64,000 nt of DNA from Octopus vulgaris (lineage: Eukaryota), in NCBI GenBank assembly GCA_951406725.2, contig OX597823.1, positions 20,832,001 to 20,896,000 on the forward strand, written 5' to 3'. Numbering within the stretch: position 1 is the stretch's first letter; the number at the start of each line of letters is the position of its first letter. Below, piece by piece: positions 52,652-64,000 of this stretch. A program made the position numbers and the translations under genes. The notes under the pieces were generated by a model. The model did no database searches. It saw only the letters and a list, made by a program, of their open reading frames with translations, and was not told the origin of the DNA.

Positions 52652-53897
52652 ATAATCGTGAACGATACACACGCGGTCACATGCATATATGGCTACATGA
52701 CGTCACCAATGTGTAAACAATATGAAGTACGAAAATAAACGAGTTAAATACGCAAACAACGAGAGAGAAAAAAAAGGGAAAACATGGCAAGTAACACAAA
52801 GAACGACCCTTCATCAGTTGTCGGCTGCCCGTCTAATCATCATTTTGAGCATTCAATATATATACGTGTATATATGTATATATTTATACAAACCATACAT
52901 ACGTGAATGTATTGATGGTGTGTATGCGTATGTGTGTGTGTGTGTATTTGTGCTTGTTTGTGTGTATACGTAAGTATATATAAAGGCATGCATACATTAT
53001 AAATTAGTAAATTAAAGTTTGCTTCGGTTATTGTCGGATAAAATTTAACTTACTTCCGAAATTTTAAGTACCAATCTCTGGCGGCCCATAATGAAAGGTG
53101 GTGCTGCTTAGGTTCACACACACTCTCGCTCAAAGTTTCACTCAATCACTTAATCATTCACTCTCACTCCCACTCACAAACTTGATGACTTCATAACCTC
53201 TTTGAATCTGTTATGAAAGATTTCAAACAATCGCATGCGTAGGACTTTAACCTTAACTCCTCGAGCCCACCTTATTATAATCGTAAGCGAAGCAAATAAC
53301 AACAGCAACAACAACAACAACGATAATGCAATGCTTACGATGACGTTGTTAGTGGTGGTTTGCGGTGATGTAGTGTAGGCGGTAGTGTAGAGGGTGGCGC
53401 TGGATGTGACGAGGGCGATGACAATGTTGCATATGGTGGTGATAAGGCGATGTAGGACGTGCACGAAGAGAGGAATAAGGTGGCAGGGAGCAGAAGAATA
53501 CGAACGGCAAAAGCAAAGTCAATAACCACAACAGTAAAATATACTGAAACAAAGTTAGACGCGAAGTCATGACAATAATATACAACAATTGGTATAAATG
53601 ATAGTTGTCATTCTGTTATGTCACAAGGCCCGTAAGGCATTGAAGAAGACAGTGGGACTTAGAAAAAAATGTTACTGGTGGGTTGATAGTGTAACGAAAA
53701 TGAGAAGGAAAGGGAAGGAGATGAAGGAAGCATTACGAAATAGGGACAATGAATACGAGATACTACGGAAAGTTAAAAACCGGCAAAGAACAGTAAGGAA
53801 GTACATGGAAGGGATCATTAAAAGCAGAGAGAACGATGCCGGGTGAAGAATTTCTTAAATAGCGTTGATTAAATTTTAGTAATGATTTATTATGAAT

Positions 53898-54243
<346 letters not shown>

Positions 54244-54244
<1 letters not shown>

Positions 54245-54810
54245 CCCTGAATGCCCTGATGCAGTACCAGGCAGTGGCTCTCATGGCTTCTGATCTTAAC
54301 TGATTGGAAGTGTTATCATGTACATTGTTTTGTCTTGGTATAAAAGATGGGCTACAGCAAATATTCTGCTCAATACCACAGATTTGCTTGTCAGTTGTTT
54401 GGCCTTAACCAGTTGAGCATGTCCCTTAGTGGCTGACGATATGTGCATCTCTGATCACGAGCAGAAGTAGTGGGGGAGCATCATGGCCATGTGTTGAGAG
54501 GGATTCTTTGGGGTTTGAATAATAATCACCTCTGGAAACATAGGTGTTTCGTTCAACATCCTAAAGCAACCTTTATTCAGGGACCTTTTGAGCAGGATGG
54601 GCTACTCAACCTGAAGAAAATTCTAACTGGGCCCCACCTGCAAGGTCATGTGCTGTTTATCTTGATATGAGATCACCATGTCGCGCACATATGGTTATGA
54701 TGCATGTGCCTGGTGTAGCTTTATCAGACGGGTAGTCATGATGGGTATATTGGGCTTCGTATATTTTACCCCAGTGTCACTTTGATGGCATGAACTGCTC
54801 TCTCACTCAA
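54244..54810 (+). mobile_element. ~570-bp non-coding element embedded in (TAA)n; further copies at 55546-56100 and, diverged, 56184-56590
   Basis: Three colinear copies bounded by (TAA)n, starting GCCCTGATGCAGTA and ending CTCTCTCACTCAA(TAA)n. Orientation inferred. Confidence 0.8.
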
Positions 54811-54834
54811 TAATAATAATAATAATAATAATGG

Positions 54835-55052
54835 CGGTTTCAAATTTTGGCATAAGGCCAGCAGTTTCGGAGGAAGGGGTTGGTAAGTCGATTACATCGA
54901 CTCCCAGTGCTTAACTGCTAATTATTTGATCGTTTCCGAAGCGATGACAGGCAGAGTCGACCCCGGGAGAATTAGAGATCAGAACGTGGACAGACGAATT
55001 GCCGCAAAGCATTTTGCCCGGCGTGCTAATGATTCTGCCAGAACACCGCCTT
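54835..55052 (-). mobile_element. Diverged SINE group B
   Basis: GTCGATTACATCGAC..GGCGTGCTAATGATTCTGCCAG matches group B reversed. Confidence 0.75.
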
Positions 55053-55062
55053 TAGTATCGCC

Positions 55063-55147
<85 letters not shown>

Positions 55148-55294
55148 GGGGCTGATTGCTGAATGCTACCTAACTCAGATACCAGGAAACCCCAAAATGG
55201 CAGAAATTCAAAAGATAGTGCTCATGGGAACTGCTCATATGCTACGCAAAATACTCTCTATGTAATCTCAATGTTTAAAACAAACAATTTTTTT
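55148..55294 (+). mobile_element. R4/Dong-clade LINE, extreme 3' end of the ORF
   Basis: ECYLTQIPGNPKMAEIQKIVLMGTAHMLRKILSM* matches the IQK..LLGTA.ILRKVL C-terminus of R4/Dong proteins; abuts (TAA)n. Confidence 0.8.
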
Positions 55295-55331
55295 TATTAT
55301 TATTATTATTATTATCATTATTATTATTATT

Positions 55332-55391
<60 letters not shown>

Positions 55392-56098
55392 CTATGTTTG
55401 ACTTTTGCTTTATGTTTGTACAAGTTGGCTCCAAGTCTCACCCAGAGACATCATGAGACAACAGGTTGGAAGTTCACGTTGTTGTTATGCCTAGTGTGCC
55501 ATATATTTGGGGTCTTTTTGGTGTTGTACTAGTGAATGTCTAATAATCTCATGGCTTCTGATTTTAACTTCTCATGACTTCTGATCTTAACTGATTGGAA
55601 GTGTTATCATGTACATTGTTTTGTCTTGGTATAAAAGATGGGCTACAGCAAATATTCTGTTCAATACCACAGATTTGCTTGTCAGTTGTTTGACCTTAAC
55701 CAGTTGAGCATGTCCCTTAGTGGCGGACGATATGTGCATCTCTGATCACGAGCAGAAGTAGTGGGGGAGCATCATAGTCATGTGTTGAGAAGGATTCTTT
55801 GGGGTTTGAATAATTCACCTCTGGAAACATGGGTGTTTCGTTCAACGTCCTTAAACAACCCTTATTCATGGACCTTTTGAGCGGGATGGGTTACTCGATC
55901 TGAAGAAAATTCTAACTGGGCCCCACCTGCCAAGGTCATGTGCTGTTTATCTTGATATGAGATCACCATGTCGCGCACATATGGTTGTGATGCATGTGCC
56001 TGGTGTACCCTTATCAGACGGGTAGTCATGATGGGTATACTGGGCTTCGTATATTTTACCCCAGTGTCACTTTGATGGCATGAGCTGCTCTCTCACTC

Positions 56099-56172
<74 letters not shown>

Positions 56173-56790
56173 TAATAATAGTAACGCCCTGACGCAGTAT
56201 CAGAAAATGGCTCTCACGTTTCCTGATTTTCACAGATCAGAAGTGGTCAATCGCTTCACCTCAACTATTTGAGTATGTTCCTTATTGTCTGACAATATGT
56301 GCATCGCTGATCACGGGCAGGAATAGTGGAGGAGCATTATAAACATGTGTTGAAAGGAAATCTTTGGGGTTTGAATAATTCACCTCTGGAAACATGGGTA
56401 TGTCATTCATTCATTCTGGAACCCGTGAACCTTTTGAGCAGGACGGTTTTACTCGCTCAGAAAATAATTATAACTGGGCCCCAACTACAAGTTAATGTGC
56501 TGTTTATCTTGATATAAGGTCACTATGTAACACACATATGGTTGTAACGCATGTGCCTGGTGTACCCTTATCAGATGGGTAGCAATGTTAGATCACACAA
56601 GAACATATGCTATAACATTTAATAATAATATTCTCCTAATAACCACAAGATAACTGTAAACATCTTAAACATTGTCAATACAGATAACTGTGAAACTTTT
56701 ATCTAAAAAGTTAATGTAATTCATATGATTTCTAGGTTACGTGACTCGTAGTTTTATCTCTTAAGTATGCACATACACACAAACGAAAAC

Positions 56791-56887
<97 letters not shown>

Positions 56888-57049
56888 TGTATGTATGTAT
56901 GTATGCATTCATAGATATGACCTCTTTTCTTTCTTCATTATCATCTTTTTTCTCGTCATCGTCTTCTTCTTCTTCTTTCCCTTCTTCCCGTTCTTTCCTT
57001 TCTTGTTCTTGTTCTTGTTCTTGTTCTTCTTCCCCTTCTACTTCTTGTT

Positions 57050-57100
<51 letters not shown>

Positions 57101-57593
57101 TTTCTAACGCTTCCATTTGCTTCTACCTCTCCTGCACCTCCGATTCGACCTCCTCTTTGTTTCGACATTTTACATTTTCATTATCCGAACCTTTTGTTAT
57201 TTGTTTTGTCCTACACACGTCTTTCTATCTCTCGTCTTGACCACCACCACCACCACCGCCAAGACGATCCTCCTTCTCCTCCACTCCTGTTTCGCCTTCT
57301 CCTCTACCCTCCACCTCATAGTCATCATCATTAACAACAGCAACAACGAAAGAGCATTATTATGAGCATCATATTTTTAATAAAATATTTCATTTATTCC
57401 ACTTCTCCACATACCACAACCCCCACCAGAGGCCTTAAGACGCGCAATTCATTATTCTCTTTCTCTCATTTATAGTTAAATCAGCTAACGTGACTGACAC
57501 ATGACGCCAGATTCTCCCTATTACATAATTCTGTACGGACGTTAATGAATATTATGCCTTATAATAATAACGATAATGATAATGATAATAATG

Positions 57594-57729
<136 letters not shown>

Positions 57730-57737
57730 TAATCATA

Positions 57738-57816
<79 letters not shown>

Positions 57817-57890
57817 TAACTGAGTTAGTACTTCCGAACTGAATTCAGGAACGTGATATTTTTTATAAATTTACTCTTTATCCCAATGTC

Positions 57891-57994
<104 letters not shown>

Positions 57995-58034
57995 CTATGT
58001 ATATATGTATGTATATGATATATATGTATGTATG

Positions 58035-58083
<49 letters not shown>

Positions 58084-58145
58084 CAGTGTGAATACTTGAT
58101 AACTGTAAGCACATGTATATGCCAGCTAGTGGTATAGGTGATAGG

Positions 58146-58382
58146 ATATATGTATCAAAAGAAAAACAGGACGCAAAGGATTCTGCGGTACATATGTTTC
58201 CGTCTTTATTGAACAACTTATATCCATGCATAATTGATATAGTGTGGTATTTGTACGCGACTGAAGAAGGCTTTTGACCTACCTGTTATATCAATTATGC
58301 ATTGATATAAGTTGTTCAATAAAGACGGAAACATATGTACCGCAGAATCCTTTGCGTCCTGCTTTTCTTTTGATGCATATAT
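58146..58382 (+). mobile_element. Fold-back insert with 96-bp inverted arms and a degenerate hammerhead (58256-58344)
   Basis: Arms 58146-58241 and 58287-58382 (3 mismatches). CUGAAGA at 58261 and GAAA-CAUAUG-UA at 58328-58339. Confidence 0.75.
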
Positions 58383-58427
58383 ATATATATGTTTATAAAT
58401 ATTCCATCTCCTGTGTTTCATTTTCCA

Positions 58428-58486
<59 letters not shown>

Positions 58487-58916
58487 GATTAAGGAAACAA
58501 GATAAATTTGGTAATAAACTTTATGTATGAATGCATCTGATGTGACCCAGACTGAAAAATTGCTGCAACAAATTATGGTGCACAACGACAGCATCCCACC
58601 CATAATGTGCTGACAAAGGATGGGTCGAACCAATCGTCTTGCAAAATAAAGGCCACTGCCAAGTCGATCTCATGTTTCTTTAATCGATTAATATATCAAC
58701 AAACACTGCGCAATTTCTGAAGTAGATCCAACGCAAATATACTCGGACTGGGGATGACAGCAAGTAGAACAAACCGTGCCAGAGCTTTACTCAACACTGC
58801 AACACACTAATTGATATATGCCCATTTGTCAAAAATATTACATCTATCTACCTATCGTTTTCTCTCTCTCTCATTCTCTCTGTATATGTATAAATGTTTG
58901 TGTGTATGTGTATATG

Positions 58917-58995
<79 letters not shown>

Positions 58996-59154
58996 CAAAT
59001 GAATATGGTACTTAAGTTAGATGCACCAGAATTTTGTATGGTCTTATCCATATAAATCCATGGGGTGATTATAATCAAAATAAGCAACAAGATTATGTCC
59101 GATACGATCGTACCAAATTAACAGAGATATTCTTGTTGCTTATTTTGTTTATGC

Positions 59155-59232
<78 letters not shown>

Positions 59233-60129
59233 GGCAAGTTTGCGTTTGTGAATTTGTTACTTTAACTCCTCTGAGACTATCCAACAGACCTTGAGGAAAC
59301 TTAACACGTGTGTGTGTCTTACGCCCATGCGATCACCTATGTCCTTGGAATCTTTTAAAATTCGATTTTTGATCAGCATCGTAAAATCAAACATCGTAAA
59401 ATTTCGACATTTTTTGCACTAGCCATCGTGATATCAATTTTACGAAATATGTTTCATGGATATAAACAGCTTATTAACAGTAATCTATTTAGCATTTGCT
59501 ATTTCTTTATTTCAATGCGAATTGTTTTGATTTTCTAAAACTTATTATTTCAATTCGTTGCTTTAATTCCCCAGCGTTTCAGGTTTTCATTAGCTAAGAG
59601 CATCTTATTTCTCAAGCAAAATTTAGGCATTTTGCTCACTAGCCGTCGTGACATCAATTTGACGAAATATGCCCCAAAGCATAAAACTCGCCATTTTATG
59701 CATATGCACAAATATGATGACGATACGAGTTCGCTACCAGACTCTACTCATTTTTCGTCAAATTGGTCCTACCCATTAATATGGAGGAATTACAACCATG
59801 TTTCGTGGTCTACTGCCGCAACAGCTCCTTTATAGGATCCAGTTAGCTCAAGACATCATCAGGAGGAACCACGTCCGGCTTCGGCCCCTACACCTCTACC
59901 GTGTTGACGTGGTGCCCCCTCCTTTCGGGGGGGGGGGGGTCTTCAGCTCTGGTGTTGGGTGCATGTCTTCTTTCTTCCTCTTTCTTCTGTTCCCTGGCCT
60001 CTTCGATGTATCGTCAGCGAGTGTCAGCCGGCGACTGACTGACTTGTCAAATTTTTCCCTTTAAATTTTTGAAAAACGTTGAAATTTGGCGAAAAACGTT
60101 TCTTGGCTATAAATAGACGTCTTTTTGTT

Positions 60130-62540
60130 AGTTTGAACGGTATATTCCAGGTAATTAGGCGTTGTCATATGTCTTGTTTGGCACGTGGTTATACTATATT
60201 TTTTGTTCATTCTAATGACGCAGTGTTAGCATATTCTCCAATTGATATACCTACTTATTCGGTCATGTCTGTATTTATTTTGGCGAGGACTGGGCAGCCC
60301 GAGATGATATGGTCAAATCTCTCATTGTGCTCATTACAAGTTCTGCATTAGTTGTTTGTGGTCAGGCATTGGTATTGTGCAACGATAATCGGTCTTTTTA
60401 TTTCTGCATTTAGTCCAAAGCTTTTGAGTCATTATTGGCTTTCACTTAGGCTCGCTTCTTCTCTATCAAGCCTTGCAGATTATTAACCATGGAATGGTTT
60501 TTCTCCTCACTTCTTTAGGATGTTTTATAGTTCTTTTTTTTAATATCGTTGTCTGTGTGTTTGACATATTATTTGTCTGATTACTGTCTTGTCGTCTGGG
60601 ATTAGTGTTTTTGTATAATATGTGTCTACTTTGTGTTTTGTCGCCTCTATGTTTATAGAGAAAAGCTGATTATTTTCATGTTGCCTTAGTAAATGTGGTA
60701 CTCGTCCTGTTTCTTTTTTTCTCTTTTTGTATCTAAGTATTTTCCAACTGTCGCTATTGCATCGTAGTTTTTTTTTTTTTTGTATCAGGCCACGACACCC
60801 TTCTAAATGGGGTAGATATATCTTGTCTGTATCTGACTTCGGTATGTTATTAATAATTTTCTGTTTTTTTTTTATCTAAGTATCTAGATTCACAAACCCT
60901 CCAATTTATTATGTTGAAGTTGTAATTTATGACTGGTATGGCTCGCATGTTGATCCGCATTATCTTACTTTTAGCACTGAGTTCAGTGTTAAATATTAGT
61001 CTAACTCCTCTGTAAAATTTTCTCCTAAATCTCTCTTTTATTTCTCTGTGTTGTAGTTCAGCTATTTCGTTTATTCCTAAATATTTACCCGGGCGATTGT
61101 GATCTAATTCTTTCAATTCTATCTCTATGTAGATTGCTGTGTTTTTAGTGCTTATCATTTGCCTTTTCTCAATGACACTGGCATATTTGTCCAACCCCAT
61201 TCTCATCATGATGTCGTTGCTGAAACTATGAACTATTTTAAGACGGTTTTTCTGTTTTGTGATATTCTTGATGAAAAATTTTAAGTCGTCCATAGATGGT
61301 TTATAGTTTTCCATAGCATCTGCAAACCATGTTGGTTTCAATTAACAGTTTTTTAGTGGGGTCGGAGCAAAACAGGAAAGGAGTAGGGCTGGAGAACTAG
61401 TTCCCTTAGTAAACTCATTTTATTATGGCTATAGGACCGGTTTTAATGACCTGTGACTCGTATTTAAATGTCGTGCTGGTGTGACGCTTTTATAGATTGC
61501 TGATATGCATGCTGTTTTCTCTATACTTTTATGGGTGTATGGAGTTTTTGATTTTGGCAGTATAGTAGTCTGTCCTTCAAGTATCCAGCTTGGCGTTGAT
61601 TCTAATTTGCTTATTACCAAGTTAAATGCTGCTGCTGTGTGGGTACAGGTACTCGTGGGTCTTTCTGCAAAAAGTTGAGAACCTTGTCTATCCCTGATGT
61701 TTTCCATTTACTGATAGTCCTCAGTGAGTCCAAAATTTCTTGGCTTCAGATGGTGGTCCATGTCTCTGATGCTATTTTGCTCTTATTTTCCTTTTCGCTA
61801 TTTATCCATTGAGAATTTCTGTCGTGTTGTTCTTGTTTGCTAAATGTTGTTTCCTACTATGGCTAAATTCCTGATGTTGATACCATGTCAATTATTGATA
61901 CATTTATTTATTTATTGTTTTTTGTTTTTGTTTCTATAAAATCTTTTTCTCATTATTTTAAATTCCGTATCTTCTAGGAAAAGCATTCGCTTTTTCCATG
62001 CCGTTGTATGCGGCACGTTTTTACTGATACGCACGGCTTAGTTTTTCTTGTACATCCCACGTATCTTTTTTTATTTCTCATATTGTACTTTTTGTTATAT
62101 AGGTTTTCTTTTTAATTCTCATGTTTGATTTCCCTTTCTCTAATTCACAGATTAGGGATAAATCCTTTTGTTTCTTAATTTCATCTCTTATGTTCTCTTT
62201 CCATTTCGGTGTTTGAGACTTGGCTGGTGTCTTTTTGTCTTCGCAAATCAAGTTCTCTGGATAACACAACAGCTGTTGAATAGATCAGATCGTTTAGTCT
62301 GTTGATATCCAGGGTATCTTTTGATGTGGTCATTATTTCTCTACAGAACTATTTATTATTATTTTGTATTTTGGGGAGACACTTATGCTAACTCATAGTT
62401 ATCGACTTTGTGATAATTTCTTCTAGTTCATTTTTACTTCCTCCGACACCATTGATTATAGTTGGTCTGTCATGGTGTGTGATATTTTGTTTGTTGTCGC
62501 TTTGTGCTTCGGTTTTTGCTTGTCCATATGTATTATTGAT
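60130..62540 (-). pseudogene. Decayed R4/Dong-clade non-LTR retrotransposon ORF (RT plus CCHC zinc finger)
   Basis: WILEGQTTILPK, MDDLKFF, KYLGI, ELSAKSKI..IN..AIPVINYNF, IYLPHLEGCRGL and CRTC...ERFDHIISGCPVL in the expected order; many stops and frameshifts. Confidence 0.88.
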
Positions 62541-64000
62541 CTTCTGTGCTCTAGAGGGGGACAAGACTGTTTATGAACATAAGTGAGTTACTCGTTTGGT
62601 TTACGGTATAGCTTATGATATCCTCTTATTTTCCGTACCACAAACAAAACGGGGAATTCCTCAGCATATTTAAACAGTCTTTGTCACTCCCACTATAGTA
62701 TTTAAAAACATGATAATAGTTAACATCAGTAACAGGGTATCTAATCTCTCTTCTTCAAAAGTAATATCTGATAAGGCAGTCCCCTACTATATCACTGGCC
62801 TAGCTAATAGTGTCTTCAAAGATAAGATATATTAGAACGCTTCAAGTATAAATATGAATCATATAACAGACTTAAATATTAACTCTAGAAAATAATATAC
62901 TTCGCCATTTCTGACTCCCTAAATGTAAAAATTTACATAGGAAAGAAATTCTTGTCATTTTTAAACGAGCATTTCCTTGTAAATCACAAACATGTTGAAG
63001 ATTTTTGACAACTGCTTTCCATATATGGACAACATTATCACTCATAAGCATCACTGAGAGACTACTTCCAGTTGTAATTGCCAAGAGTCTGGAGCTTACC
63101 CACGTGACCAGGCGTGTATGATAAACTGCGTCGTATATGATACGAATGCAATTTCAAAAGAAGTTATGCAAACCACCCGTATTCTTTCTAGCACATCGAG
63201 AAAAGTAAAGCCTCTAACTTGGCTAGCTAGATATGGCGTTTGAAGAGCAACTGCACACCATATAAAATCAAGTGGAGAATCGGATTTATGGTAGAAGGGG
63301 ACCAGATTCTAATTTCCTTTCTTTCGTTTCCTATTTTTACCGTTCTTATTCCCCCTTCTAATTTTTTTCATCTACTTTCTGGGTATTTTTTGTCCACATT
63401 TCTCTTGTCCCAGTGTCCAGATTTGCAAATAAGATCTTGTGCTCAGAGATTTAGGATTGCTTCGAGACATAGCGCGTGTTAGAAAAGCTTGCTTAGATCT
63501 ATGTCTCAAGAGCAAGTTTCCATTAGTAATTCGTACCGTTAAACTGTGTGCATTGAATTATATATATATATATAGGTGTGCGTGTGGGTGTTTATGTATT
63601 TATATATATATACATATACATACATACACATACATATGTGTGCGTATACAGACAAAGAGAGAGGGAGGGAGGGGGAGTAGGGAGAGAGAGATTACAATGA
63701 TTTAGAAAGTGGGTTTTTAAACTTTGAGAAGAAATGTTGATAAAATAATGTATATATTTATCAATATACGTACACATACATATTTATTTATATATGTCAT
63801 ATGCATCTATATATATATATACGCGTGTGCTTGTGTGAATACACTCATTTTGGTATTGTATATATGTGTGTATGTATGTGTGTGTGTGATTGAAAGAGGG
63901 GGAGTGAGAGTGAGAGATAAATTATCAACATTGATATGTCGATGTTTCAATACATTCATTAAGTACGTAGGAAATTAATCTATTGTAATATCAATATTGT

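Noticed and set aside
52805-52855. Minus-strand CTGATGAAGGG as a hammerhead
   Set aside because: No matching GAAA, stem III or stem I partner found.
58530-58570. CTGATGT...GAAA hammerhead-like string
   Set aside because: Core, stem II and cleavage triplet are all defective; compatible with chance.

Overview
AT-rich, microsatellite-saturated animal genomic DNA. The SINE, Helitron and (TA)n landscape suggests an octopus; this is an inference, not a checked result. The only clear host coding feature is a 148-nt internal exon of an SLC6 (sodium:neurotransmitter symporter) gene on the minus strand (43233-43380), so much of the window is probably intron. The rest is mobile DNA: four tRNA-headed SINE groups, non-autonomous Helitrons (one head-to-tail dimer), a decayed Tc1 with DD36E spacing, mariner and pogo MITEs, remnants of R4/Dong, RTE-like, CR1-like and possibly Gypsy retroelements, and Penelope-like GIY-YIG remnants. 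The most striking unexplained signal is a set of short non-coding inserts in (TA)n/(CA)n tracts. About nine carry minimal type I hammerhead ribozyme motifs, some intact and some decayed, most with a palindromic stem III. Many also show a fold-back inverted segment or a partial tandem repeat, as expected for Penelope-mobilised retrozyme-like elements. Nearly all ORFs in the supplied track are microsatellite or SINE artefacts. Coordinates were read by eye, and the ends of decayed elements are approximate.
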